Position numbers and translations under genes: made by a program. A model generated the notes under the pieces. It was not told where the DNA came from and made no database searches. It saw only the letters and a program-made list of their open reading frames with translations. A stretch of DNA of 33,867 nucleotides from a virus (lineage: Duplodnaviria > Heunggongvirae > Uroviricota > Caudoviricetes), in IMG/VR virus record IMGVR_UViG_2778261506_000006; one strand, 5' to 3'. Every line of letters begins with the position of its first letter. Within the stretch, counting starts at the first letter, position 1. Below, piece after piece: positions 18,116-27,684 of this stretch.

Positions 18116-18560
18116 GTTTAAGCGTTTTGAAGACCGGCTGACCGGACTGATTGAGTCGCTGTCACCGTCAGGGCGTCGGCGACTGAGTGCCGAACTGGCG
18201 AAACGTCTGCGGCAGAGTCAGCAGCGTCGGGTGATGGCTCAGAAAGCCCCGGACGGCACACCCTACGCGCCACGCCAGCAGCAGAGCGCCAGAAAAAAGA
18301 CCGGTCGCGTTAAGCGAAAAATGTTTGCGAAACTTATCACCAGTCGTTTTTTGCATATCCGCGCCAGCCCTGAACAGGCATCAATGGAGTTTTACGGCGG
18401 GAAGTCACCGAAAATAGCCAGTGTGCATCAGTTCGGTCTGTCGGAAGAAACCCGGAAAGACGGTAAGAAAATTGATTATCCGGCGCGTCCTCTGCTCGGC
18501 TTTACCGGTGAGGATGTGCAGATGATTGAAGAGATTATCCTGGCTCACCTCGACCGTTAG
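18108..18560 (+). CDS. S: Tail completion protein S (150 aa)
   Basis: Size and position as P2 gpS. Confidence 0.88.
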   Translation: MNEFKRFEDRLTGLIESLSPSGRRRLSAELAKRLRQSQQRRVMAQKAPDGTPYAPRQQQSARKKTGRVKRKMFAKLITSRFLHIRASPEQASMEFYGGKSPKIASVHQFGLSEETRKDGKKIDYPARPLLGFTGEDVQMIEEIILAHLDR

Positions 18561-18626
18561 TTGTGCCATTCCCGACACCTCATCGTCACATTGCCGTCGG
18601 TATGACCCGGCGGCATCCTTCCCGTT

Positions 18627-19262
18627 ATGAACACTCTCGCAAATATCCAGGAACTCGCGCGCGCACTGCGCAACATGATTCGCACCGGCCTTGTCGTCGA
18701 AACCAACCTTAAAGCCGGTCGCTGCCGTGTGCAGACCGGCGGCATGTGCACCGACTGGCTTCAGTGGCTGACCTGTCGTGCCGGGCGTTCGCGCACATGG
18801 TGGGCACCTTCCGTGGGGGAGCAGGTGCTGATTCTGGCCGTGGGCGGTGAACTTGACACGGCGTTTGTTCTGCCGGGGATTTATTCCGGCGATAACCCCG
18901 CGCCGTCTGCGTCGGCGGATGCCCTGCATATCCGTTTCCCTGACGGGGCGGTGATTGAGTATGAACCCGAAACCAGTTCACTGACGGTAAGCGGAATTAA
19001 AACGGCCAGCGTGACGGCTTCTGATTCTGTTACTGCCACGGTGCCGGTGGTCATGGTGAAAGCGTCAACCCGCATCACCCTGGACACACCGGAGGTGGTC
19101 TGCACCAACAAGCTGATCACCGGCACGCTGGAAGTACAGAAGGGCGGGACGATGCGTGGCAACATTGAACACACCGGCGGTGAACTCTCATCAAACGGTA
19201 AGGTACTGCATACCCACAAACACCCAGGAGACAGCGGCGGCACAACCGGGAGTCCTCTATGA
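18627..19262 (+). CDS. V: Baseplate spike protein V (211 aa)
   Basis: Size and position as P2 gpV; preceded by 66-bp intergenic region (late promoter expected). Confidence 0.9.
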   Translation: MNTLANIQELARALRNMIRTGLVVETNLKAGRCRVQTGGMCTDWLQWLTCRAGRSRTWWAPSVGEQVLILAVGGELDTAFVLPGIYSGDNPAPSASADALHIRFPDGAVIEYEPETSSLTVSGIKTASVTASDSVTATVPVVMVKASTRITLDTPEVVCTNKLITGTLEVQKGGTMRGNIEHTGGELSSNGKVLHTHKHPGDSGGTTGSPL

Positions 19263-19606
19263 CAGCGCGTTATCTCGGAATGAATCGCAGTGATGGCCTG
19301 ACTGTCACTGACCTTGAGCATATCAGCCAGAGTATCGGCGATATCCTGCGCACACCGGTCGGCTCACGGGTGATGCGTCGTGATTACGGCTCGTTGCTGG
19401 CGTCAATGATTGACCAGCCGCAGACCCCGGCGCTTGAGTTGCAGATTAAGGTCGCCTGTTACATGGCGGTACTGAAATGGGAACCCCGCGTCACCCTGTC
19501 ATCTGTCACCACGGCGCGCAGTTTTGACGGGCGAATGACGGTCACGTTAACCGGCCAGCACAACGACACCGGCCAGCCACTTTCGTTAACCATCCCTGTG
19601 AGTTGA
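19259..19606 (+). CDS. W: Baseplate protein W (115 aa, gp25-like)
   Basis: Size and position as P2 gpW. Confidence 0.9.
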   Translation: MTARYLGMNRSDGLTVTDLEHISQSIGDILRTPVGSRVMRRDYGSLLASMIDQPQTPALELQIKVACYMAVLKWEPRVTLSSVTTARSFDGRMTVTLTGQHNDTGQPLSLTIPVS

Positions 19607-19610
19607 AACC

Positions 19611-20519
19611 ATGCCGATTATCGACCTGAACCAGCTACCCGCACCGGATGTGGTCGAGGAGCTGGACTTTGAAACCATTCTTGCCGAACGCAAGGCGACA
19701 CTGATTTCCCTTTACCCGGAAGACCAGCAGGAGGCGGTCGCCCGTACCCTGACGCTGGAATCCGAGCCTCTCGTCAAACTGCTGGAGGAAAATGCTTATC
19801 GCGAGCTTATCTGGCGTCAGCGTGTGAATGAGGCCGCACGGGCGGTGATGCTGGCCTGTGCAGCCGGTAATGACCTTGATGTGATTGGTGCCAATTACAA
19901 CACCACGCGCCTGACTATCACCCCGGCAGATGATTCGACCATCCCGCCGACACCGGCAGTGATGGAATCTGACACGGATTATCGTCTGCGTATTCAGCAG
20001 GCGTTTGAAGGCTTAAGCGTCGCCGGGTCGGTGGGAGCCTATCAGTATCATGGTCGCAGTGCCGACGGGCGTGTCGCGGATATCTCTGTCACCAGTCCGT
20101 CTCCGGCCTGCGTCACCATCTCTGTGCTGTCACGTGAAAATAACGGTGTTGCATCCGAAGACCTGCTGGCGGTGGTGCGTAACGCCCTTAATGGTGAGGA
20201 CGTCAGGCCGGTGGCCGACCGCGTGACCGTGCAGTCTGCCGCCATCGTTGAATACCAGATAAACGCCACGCTTTACCTTTACCCTGGTCCCGAAAGCGAA
20301 CCCATCCGCGCTGCCGCCGTGAAAAAACTGGAAGCGTATATCACGGCACAGCACCGGCTGGGGCGTGACATCCGTCTGTCTGCCATTTATGCCGCTTTGC
20401 ATGTGGAAGGCGTGCAGCGTGTCGAACTGGCTGCACCACTGGCCGACATCGTGCTCAACAGTACGCAGGCGTCTTTCTGTACCGAATACCGCGTCGTGAC
20501 CGGAGGCTCGGATGAGTGA
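19611..20519 (+). CDS. J: Baseplate wedge protein J (302 aa)
   Basis: Size and position as P2 gpJ. Confidence 0.9.
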   Translation: MPIIDLNQLPAPDVVEELDFETILAERKATLISLYPEDQQEAVARTLTLESEPLVKLLEENAYRELIWRQRVNEAARAVMLACAAGNDLDVIGANYNTTRLTITPADDSTIPPTPAVMESDTDYRLRIQQAFEGLSVAGSVGAYQYHGRSADGRVADISVTSPSPACVTISVLSRENNGVASEDLLAVVRNALNGEDVRPVADRVTVQSAAIVEYQINATLYLYPGPESEPIRAAAVKKLEAYITAQHRLGRDIRLSAIYAALHVEGVQRVELAAPLADIVLNSTQASFCTEYRVVTGGSDE

Positions 20520-21042
20520 TTCGCGCCTGCTGCCGACCGGCTCATCACCGCTTGAGGTCGCCGCCGCAAAAGCCTGTGCGGAAATTGAAAAAACGCCGGT
20601 CAGTATTCGTGAGCTGTGGAACCCGGACACCTGTCCGGCAAATCTGCTGCCGTGGCTGGCGTGGGCGTTTTCGGTCGACAGGTGGGATGAAAAGTGGCCG
20701 GAAGCGACAAAACGCGCCGTTATCCGCGATGCGTATTTCATCCACTGTCATAAAGGCACTATAGGTGCAATCCGGCGTGTGGTGGAGCCGCTCGGCTATC
20801 TCATCAACGTGACGGAGTGGTGGGAAAACAGCGACCCGCCCGGCACCTTCCGGCTTGATATTGGTGTACTGGAAAGTGGCATCACAGAGGCAATGTATCA
20901 GGAAATGGAACGGCTGATTGCTGATGCCAAATCTGCAAGCCGTCACCTTATTGGCCTGAACATTACCCGGGACATTCCCGGATACCTGTTCGCCGGTGGT
21001 GTGGCTTACGACGGCGATGTAATTACGGTTTACCCCGGATAA
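20512..21042 (+). CDS. I: Baseplate protein I (176 aa)
   Basis: Size and position as P2 gpI. Confidence 0.9.
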   Translation: MSDSRLLPTGSSPLEVAAAKACAEIEKTPVSIRELWNPDTCPANLLPWLAWAFSVDRWDEKWPEATKRAVIRDAYFIHCHKGTIGAIRRVVEPLGYLINVTEWWENSDPPGTFRLDIGVLESGITEAMYQEMERLIADAKSASRHLIGLNITRDIPGYLFAGGVAYDGDVITVYPG

Positions 21043-21052
21043 GTGAGGAATA

Positions 21053-23239
21053 ATGAGCACAAAATTCAAAACCGTTATCACCACTGCCGGTGCAGCAAAG
21101 CTGGCAGCGGCAACCGCGCCGGGAGGGCGGAAGGTCAACATTACCACGATGGCCGTCGGGGATGGCGGTGGTAAATTGCCTGTCCCGGATGCCGGACAGA
21201 CCGGGCTTATCCACGAAGTCTGGCGACATGCGCTGAACAAAATCAGCCAGGACAAACGAAACAGTAATTATATTATCGCAGAGCTGGTTATTCCGCCGGA
21301 GGTGGGCGGTTTCTGGATGCGTGAGCTTGGCCTGTACGATGATGCTGGAACGTTAATTGCCGTGGCGAACATGGCTGAAAGTTATAAGCCAGCTCTTGCC
21401 GAAGGCTCAGGGCGTTCGCAGACCTGCCGCATGGTCATCATCGTCAGCAGTGTGGCCTCAGTGGCGCTGACCATTGACACCACAACGGTGATGGCAACGC
21501 AGGATTACGTTGATGACAAAATTGCAGAACATGAACAGTCACGACGTCACCCGGACGCCTCGCTGACCGCCAAAGGTTTTACTCAGTTAAGCAGTGCGAC
21601 CAACAGCACGTCTGAAACACTCGCCGCAACACCAAAAGCGGTAAAAGCAGCATATGACCTTGCTAACGGGAAATACACTGCACAGGACGCCACCACCGCG
21701 CGAAAAGGCCTTGTCCAGCTCAGTAGCGCCACCAACAGCGATTCTGAAACGCTTGCGGCAACGCCAAAGGCGGTTAAGACAGCGTATGACCTTGCTAACG
21801 GGAAATACACTGCACAGGATGCCACCACAGCGCGAAAAGGTCTTGTCCAGCTCAGTAGCGCCACCAACAGTGATTCTGAAACGCTGGCTGCAACACCAAA
21901 AGCGGTGAAGTCTGCCTATGACAATGCTGAAAAACGTCTTCAGAAAGATCAGAACGGTGCGGATATTCCGGGAAAGGATACCTTCACGAAAAATATCGGT
22001 GCCTGTCGTGCTTATAGCGGCGCTTTGAGCACTGAAGCCGGAAACTGGACAACCGCTCAGTTTATTGAATGGCTGGATTCCCGTGGTGCATTTAATCATC
22101 CGTACTGGATGTGCAAAGGCTCCTGGTCATATGCAAATAACAAAATCATTACGGATACCGGATGTGGTGATATCCACCTGGCTGGTTGTGTCGTCGAGGT
22201 CATGGGAACTAAATCTGCAATCACTATCCGAGTGACCACGCCGACAACATCAAGTGGTGGCGGTACAACCAGCGCGCAATTCACTTACATAAATCATGGG
22301 GACGGCTACTCCCCCGGCTGGCGTCGTGACTGGAATCGTCAGGGCGACTCAATGACCGGAACGATTAATCAGGATGGCGGAAGCCAGAATGCCTATATGT
22401 CTACGGCCTTATGTTCAGGCACCAGAGGCGGCAAAAAATATCTCAGAAAGTTTCGTGGTGGAGAAGGAGATACTATCTGGCATGAAACAGTTCAGGGCGG
22501 GGTAATTCGCTGGGCGACAGGAAACAATGACGCTCAGGAAGAATTATCACTCAGCTCCGCTTATGGTCTCCGTTCAAGAGGTGAAATTACATCACTCAGT
22601 GCTAATGGTCTGCGCATTGCTTATGGCAATTATGGATTCTTTATCAGGAATGATGGCGGCAGCACTTATTTTATGTTGACTAAATCAGGTGACAGATTAG
22701 GTACTTATAATAATTTAAGACCACTGATTATAAATGATGCCACGGGTGCTGTATCAATGGGGCATGGCCTGAGTGTTACTGGTGATATTGTCTCAAGTAC
22801 CAAAGTACGTGCCGGTAGCGGGAAAAAGTTCACGGTCAGCAGCAGCAATACATCCACGAAGGAAGCCGCATTCAATTTGTGGGGAAACTCAAGTCGTCCT
22901 GTGGTGGCTGAATTAGGTGATGATGCAGGCTGGCATTTTTACAGTCAGAGAAATACAGATAACAGCATCACTTTTGCTGTTAACGGGCAGGTATCACCAT
23001 CTAACTATAGTAATTTTGATTCACGCTATGTCCGGGATATCCGGCTTGGTGGTGCTGCCACATACAAACCTGCGAACAATGGCATGACATGGACACATCA
23101 GGCACCGTCCGGGTGTGTATATTCCGGCATTATTGTTCAGGATACCGGCTCAAACTCTGCCGATAACATTGGTGGCGTATATTACAGACCGGTGCAGAAA
23201 TACATTAACGGGACTTGGTATAACGTGGCGCAGGTATAA
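21053..23239 (+). CDS. H: Tail fibre protein H (728 aa) with conserved N-terminus, internal 44-aa tandem repeats and a divergent AT-rich C-terminal receptor-binding region
   Basis: Position after I, followed by chaperone G; repeat QLSSATNS.SETLAATPKAVK.AYDLANGKYTAQDATTARKGLV occurs about 2.6 times. Confidence 0.9.
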   Translation: MSTKFKTVITTAGAAKLAAATAPGGRKVNITTMAVGDGGGKLPVPDAGQTGLIHEVWRHALNKISQDKRNSNYIIAELVIPPEVGGFWMRELGLYDDAGTLIAVANMAESYKPALAEGSGRSQTCRMVIIVSSVASVALTIDTTTVMATQDYVDDKIAEHEQSRRHPDASLTAKGFTQLSSATNSTSETLAATPKAVKAAYDLANGKYTAQDATTARKGLVQLSSATNSDSETLAATPKAVKTAYDLANGKYTAQDATTARKGLVQLSSATNSDSETLAATPKAVKSAYDNAEKRLQKDQNGADIPGKDTFTKNIGACRAYSGALSTEAGNWTTAQFIEWLDSRGAFNHPYWMCKGSWSYANNKIITDTGCGDIHLAGCVVEVMGTKSAITIRVTTPTTSSGGGTTSAQFTYINHGDGYSPGWRRDWNRQGDSMTGTINQDGGSQNAYMSTALCSGTRGGKKYLRKFRGGEGDTIWHETVQGGVIRWATGNNDAQEELSLSSAYGLRSRGEITSLSANGLRIAYGNYGFFIRNDGGSTYFMLTKSGDRLGTYNNLRPLIINDATGAVSMGHGLSVTGDIVSSTKVRAGSGKKFTVSSSNTSTKEAAFNLWGNSSRPVVAELGDDAGWHFYSQRNTDNSITFAVNGQVSPSNYSNFDSRYVRDIRLGGAATYKPANNGMTWTHQAPSGCVYSGIIVQDTGSNSADNIGGVYYRPVQKYINGTWYNVAQV
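21584..21922 (+). repeat. Tandem repeat inside H: 132-bp unit in about 2.6 copies (21584-21715, 21716-21847, partial 21848-21922)
   Basis: Near-identical nucleotide units read directly; in-frame. Confidence 0.85.
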
Positions 23240-23242
23240 TTT

Positions 23243-23770
23243 ATGCAGCATTTGATAAATATAACGGCAGGTAATCCAAAAACGGTTGAACAATATCAAT
23301 TGACAAAAGACTTTGATGTTGTCTGGTTTTTTTCAGAAGATGGTAAGAACTGGTACGAAGAACAAAAGTATTTTGCTGATGACACGCTAAAAATAGCGTA
23401 CGACAAAGATAATATCATCCGCTATGTGGAAAAGGATGCGACAGCTATCAGACCGGATGGATTAAGTGTTGTTGAAGTGGCGGATATTACTGCTAACCGG
23501 CGGGCGAACATTTCAGGGAACTGGATGTTTAAGGACGGCAAAGTGATTAAACGCATTTATACGGCAGAGGAATTGCAGCAGCAGGCAGAAAACCGGAAAG
23601 CCAGACTTCTTGCAGATGCTGAATTCGTGATTTTGCCGCTGGAGCGCGCGGTCAGACTGAACATGGCAACAGATGAGGAGCGTAGCCGACTGGAAGCATG
23701 GGAACGCTACAGCGTTCTGGTCAGTCGTGTGGATCCTGCAAATCCTGAATGGCCGGAAATGCCGCAATAA
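23243..23770 (+). CDS. G: Tail fibre assembly chaperone G (175 aa)
   Basis: Size and position as P2 gpG; AT-rich like the H C-terminus. Confidence 0.88.
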   Translation: MQHLINITAGNPKTVEQYQLTKDFDVVWFFSEDGKNWYEEQKYFADDTLKIAYDKDNIIRYVEKDATAIRPDGLSVVEVADITANRRANISGNWMFKDGKVIKRIYTAEELQQQAENRKARLLADAEFVILPLERAVRLNMATDEERSRLEAWERYSVLVSRVDPANPEWPEMPQ

Positions 23771-23827
23771 GTTGTATGAGCTCTGGTGTGAGCTAACGTA
23801 TCTATAGCACTGAAGTCTAGGGGGGTT

Positions 23828-23847
23828 AGGGCTGCAACAGCAGCCCT
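23828..23847. other. 8-bp inverted repeat agggctgc-aaca-gcagccct between convergent G and kinase genes
   Basis: Read from sequence; no U-tract on either side, so only a possible terminator. Confidence 0.3.
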
Positions 23848-23955
23848 GTGCCAAGAGCTGTCCCTATAAACTTCACTATGTGTTAATTAATAAGGTGCTG
23901 AGCATCATATTTAACTAAAGCATTAATAAAAATTAATATTAATGGGCACAAGCTA

Positions 23956-25266
23956 TTAACTAAAAATTTCGCTCAACCCAGTGACAAATATTTCTCTGAT
24001 CTTACGGCGGAAAATATCACCAAAGTCAGAGTTTGAAACATCCGTGCGCCAGATAGTTTTAGCAACACCCTGCCGATCTTCTGAAAAGACAGTAATGATG
24101 AGTTCATCAGCAATAATTTGAAAGTCAAATGTAGGTCGGAAACGAGGATACGAAGTACCAGGGGTATCAAATCCTATGTTTAACCAAGAATGACGGGGCT
24201 CAGATTTATAGTATCCAGTTTCAACTCCAGACAGATGACCTCCGATCTCTTCTATGATGTTATTACGAACTGAAATTATTTCGCTTACAGCTTCCCTGAT
24301 TTTACTCATGTAAACACTATTTATCTCAGCACCTTGAGCTTCCAACCTTTTTTTGATTTCTAAAAGAATCTCACCATCCGCCAATGTAGGTTTATTTTCG
24401 CTCATCCTCTTCAACTCCTTTCTCAACTCTTGTACCGTCTGAAATCTACTATTCAATAGCGGTGAAAAACCACGGTCAAACAATGCAAGCATTGAAAGTG
24501 CCCAACCATTAGTAGCGGCATGAATACTTTCCGATACTCCATCGCGTTGGTGAGGTCGACGCCCAGTCTCAGATTCTTCTAAAACATACGGGCTTTTTCC
24601 TGTTAATACGTAAAATAAAATCCCTACTACAAAGGTAATATCGCTTCGAGGATCTCGTTTATTAGGACTGTCTGGCGCAAGTTCATTGAGCCTTAAGAAA
24701 CGATTGCCTAGCTCTTGGCCATTATCAGTAGCATGAGCGTTCTTATCTTGAGGTTGCCATGCGAGACCGAAATCTACCAATACAGCATCAGCCGGGTTAT
24801 TACACCGGAGTATAATATTATCAGGTTTGATATCTCTGTGAATGCCATCACGAGAATGATAGTATTCGACTATATCCAACAGGCGATCTATCATATCAAC
24901 CGCATCTTGAAATGACATAGCCCCATTTTCCTCTATGTACTCACGTAATGTTGGGCCTTCAACTATTTCTGTAACTAAGTAAAGTTTGTAATTCATTTGT
25001 TCATAACGATGGCAATTACTTTCTATAAGAGATGGAATTCCCGGATGTTCATAGGTATAGAGAGCGACTGCTTCGCGATACATACGAGCTCGTCGCTCAG
25101 GGTCTTTCTGGCTTTTCAATACTTTTAAAAATGCTCTCATGTCAGAACGAACCACTGGACACGCCACGCCTTGGCCACCGCTTTTCTTGTTACCATCCGC
25201 TACCCAGCCTGCCGCCTTCGCATCCAATTTGTCATTCCACACGCCACCAACCATTTTCTCCCCCAT
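23956..25266 (-). CDS. Hanks-type Ser/Thr protein kinase with about 180-aa C-terminal domain of unknown function; cargo at the P2 Z/fun position
   Basis: Catalytic loop HRDIKPDNIIL and DFGLA motif in N-terminal half; antisense to flanking late genes; AT-rich; ATG 25266 (alternative ATG 4 codons in). Confidence 0.85.
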   Translation of the reverse strand: MGEKMVGGVWNDKLDAKAAGWVADGNKKSGGQGVACPVVRSDMRAFLKVLKSQKDPERRARMYREAVALYTYEHPGIPSLIESNCHRYEQMNYKLYLVTEIVEGPTLREYIEENGAMSFQDAVDMIDRLLDIVEYYHSRDGIHRDIKPDNIILRCNNPADAVLVDFGLAWQPQDKNAHATDNGQELGNRFLRLNELAPDSPNKRDPRSDITFVVGILFYVLTGKSPYVLEESETGRRPHQRDGVSESIHAATNGWALSMLALFDRGFSPLLNSRFQTVQELRKELKRMSENKPTLADGEILLEIKKRLEAQGAEINSVYMSKIREAVSEIISVRNNIIEEIGGHLSGVETGYYKSEPRHSWLNIGFDTPGTSYPRFRPTFDFQIIADELIITVFSEDRQGVAKTIWRTDVSNSDFGDIFRRKIREIFVTGLSEIFS

Positions 25267-25507
25267 AATTTTGTTAATAAGTTCCTTTTGCAGTGCATCA
25301 TTATTTCACATATTACCAAATTTTTAGAATGTGAATGTATAGCTGATTGAATCGACCTACTTTTGATTGGCATTTTTCAATAGGATATATGTGAAATTAA
25401 TAACAGCTGCCAACTTTCGCTCCTCGCTCAAAGCAGACTGTCAGATTTGATGGCTTTTGGGCTAAGTAAATTGTCAGTCGGAAAATGAGTGAGTACAAAT
25501 CAGGACT

Positions 25508-25534
25508 GGCGGGCGAATTGCCCGCCTTTTCTTT
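25508..25534 (+). terminator. Rho-independent terminator ggcgggc-gaatt-gcccgcc followed by ttttcttt, upstream of FI
   Basis: 7-bp GC stem plus T-tract on plus strand. Confidence 0.6.
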
Positions 25535-25630
25535 ATCTGTTGTTTCATCCACTGACCAGCCAGGTCAAATAGCGTCTCATGCTCTGCACAACAGAAAATA
25601 GTTGCACCCATTAACCACGGAGTTAAACGG
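25535..25630 (+). promoter_or_regulatory. Expected Ogr-dependent late promoter region for the FI operon
   Basis: Position by analogy with P2 P_F; precise activator site not resolved. Confidence 0.35.
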
Positions 25631-26821
25631 ATGAGTGACTATCATCACGGCGTGCAGGTGCTGGAGATTAACGACGGCACCCGCGTCATTTCCACCGTAT
25701 CCACCGCCATTGTTGGCATGGTCTGCACGGCCAGCGATGCGGATGCGGAAATCTTCCCCCTCAATAAACCGGTGCTGATTACCAATGTGCAGAGCGCAAT
25801 TGCAAAGGCCGGTAAAAAAGGCACGCTGGCGGCGTCGTTACAGGCCATCGCTGACCAGTCAAAACCGGTCACCGTTGTTGTGCGCGTGGAAGACGGCACC
25901 GGCGACGACGAGGAAACGAAACTCGCGCAGACCGTTTCCAATATTATCGGCACCACCGACGAAAACGGTCAGTACACCGGACTGAAAGCCCTGATGGGGG
26001 CTGAGTCGGTTACCGGCGTTAAACCGCGCATTCTCGGCGTACCGGGACTGGACACCAAAGAGGTCGCCGTCGCACTGGCATCGGTATGCCAGGAACTGAA
26101 TGCCTTCGGGTATATCAGCGCATGGGGTTGTAAAACCATTTCCGAGGTGAAAGCCTACCGCCAGAATTTCAGCCAGCGTGAGCTGATGGTTATCTGGCCG
26201 GATTTCCTCGCATGGGATACGGTTACCAGTACCACCGCCACCGCGTATGCCACCGCCCGTGCGCTGGGTCTGCGCGCTAAAATCGACCAGGAGCAGGGCT
26301 GGCATAAAACGCTGTCCAACGTCGGGGTGAACGGTGTTACCGGCATCAGTGCATCCGTCTTCTGGGATTTGCAGAAGCCAGGCACTGATGCTGACCTGCT
26401 GAACGAGGCAGGCGTCACAACGCTGGTTCGCCGCGACGGTTTCCGTTTCTGGGGTAACCGTACCTGCTCTGATGACCCGCTGTTCCTCTTTGAAAGCTAC
26501 ACACGCACCGCGCAGGTACTGGCCGACACGATGGCTGAGGCGCACATGTGGGCTATTGATAAGCCCATCACCGCAACGCTGATTCGCGACATCATTGACG
26601 GCATCAATGCCAAATTCCGTGAACTGAAAAACAACGGTTATATCGTGGATGGCACATGCTGGTTCAGCGAAGAATCCAACGATGCGGAAACCCTCAAGGC
26701 CGGAAAACTGTATATCGACTACGACTATACCCCGGTGCCTCCTCTCGAAAACCTGACCCTGCGCCAGCGTATTACTTCCAGATACTTGGCAAGTCTGGTC
26801 ACTTCGGTTAACAGCAATTAA
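25631..26821 (+). CDS. FI: Tail sheath protein FI (396 aa)
   Basis: Size and position identical to P2 gpFI. Confidence 0.93.
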   Translation: MSDYHHGVQVLEINDGTRVISTVSTAIVGMVCTASDADAEIFPLNKPVLITNVQSAIAKAGKKGTLAASLQAIADQSKPVTVVVRVEDGTGDDEETKLAQTVSNIIGTTDENGQYTGLKALMGAESVTGVKPRILGVPGLDTKEVAVALASVCQELNAFGYISAWGCKTISEVKAYRQNFSQRELMVIWPDFLAWDTVTSTTATAYATARALGLRAKIDQEQGWHKTLSNVGVNGVTGISASVFWDLQKPGTDADLLNEAGVTTLVRRDGFRFWGNRTCSDDPLFLFESYTRTAQVLADTMAEAHMWAIDKPITATLIRDIIDGINAKFRELKNNGYIVDGTCWFSEESNDAETLKAGKLYIDYDYTPVPPLENLTLRQRITSRYLASLVTSVNSN

Positions 26822-26833
26822 GGAGCCTGACCG

Positions 26834-27352
26834 ATGGCAATGCCGCGCAAACTCAAGTTAATGAACGTCTTTCTGAACGGCTACAGCTATCAGGGCGTTG
26901 CAAAGTCCGTCACGCTACCAAAACTGACCCGTAAGCTCGAAAACTATCGCGGTGCGGGGATGAACGGCAGCGCACCGGTAGACCTCGGCCTTGATGACGA
27001 TGCGCTGTCAATGGAGTGGTCGCTCGGTGGCTTCCCGGATTCGGTTATCTGGGAGCTTTACGCCGCAACCGGTGTGGATGCCGTACCGATTCGTTTTGCT
27101 GGCTCTTACCAGCGCGACGATACCGGCGAAACGGTGGCCGTCGAGGTGGTCATGCGTGGACGTCAGAAAGAAATCGACACCGGCGAGGGGAAACAGGGAG
27201 AAGACACTGAGTCGAAAATCTCCGTGGTCTGCACCTATTTCCGGCTGACGATGGACGGTAAGGAGCTGGTCGAAATCGACACCATTAACATGATTGAGAA
27301 GGTGAACGGCGTCGACCGGCTGGAGCAACACCGCCGAAATATCGGCCTGTGA
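26834..27352 (+). CDS. FII: Tail tube protein FII (172 aa)
   Basis: Size and position identical to P2 gpFII. Confidence 0.93.
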   Translation: MAMPRKLKLMNVFLNGYSYQGVAKSVTLPKLTRKLENYRGAGMNGSAPVDLGLDDDALSMEWSLGGFPDSVIWELYAATGVDAVPIRFAGSYQRDDTGETVAVEVVMRGRQKEIDTGEGKQGEDTESKISVVCTYFRLTMDGKELVEIDTINMIEKVNGVDRLEQHRRNIGL

Positions 27353-27359
27353 TTTTCAT

Positions 27360-27380
27360 CCGGTCAGCCAGGCTGACCGG
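27360..27380 (+). other. Perfect 10-bp inverted repeat ccggtcagcc-a-ggctgaccgg between FII and E
   Basis: Read from sequence; possible attenuator or processing hairpin; no U-tract. Confidence 0.35.
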
Positions 27381-27408
27381 TTAACCCTGATTCAGAAGTG
27401 AGAAAACC

Positions 27409-27684
27409 ATGAACAAAGAAAATGTCATTACCCTGGAAAATCCGGTCAAGCGTGGTGAGCAGGTCATCGAACAGGTCACGCTGATGAAACCCAGTGCCGG
27501 GACGCTGCGCGGTGTCAGTCTGGCAGCGGTCGCGAACTCCGAAGTCGATGCACTGATTAAGGTGCTGCCGCGCATGACGGCACCGATGCTGACCGAGCAG
27601 GAGGTCGCCGCACTGGAACTGCCTGACCTTGTGGCGCTGGCCGGTAAGGTGGTCGGTTTTTTGTCGCCGAACTCGGTGCAGTGA
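27409..27684 (+). CDS. E: Tail assembly chaperone E (91 aa)
   Basis: Size and position as P2 gpE; slippery site near 3-prime end. Confidence 0.9.
   Translation: MNKENVITLENPVKRGEQVIEQVTLMKPSAGTLRGVSLAAVANSEVDALIKVLPRMTAPMLTEQEVAALELPDLVALAGKVVGFLSPNSVQ

Noticed and set aside
21584-21922. Possible CRISPR array
   Set aside because: Units are 132 bp, in-frame coding sequence with no unique spacers; it is a protein-coding tandem repeat.
21583-22099. Minus-strand ORFs of 94 and 170 aa overlapping H
   Set aside because: Created by the tandem repeat in H; repetitive translated sequence, no independent start signals.
25859-26545. 228-aa minus-strand ORF inside FI
   Set aside because: Antisense to the highly conserved sheath gene; shadow ORF.
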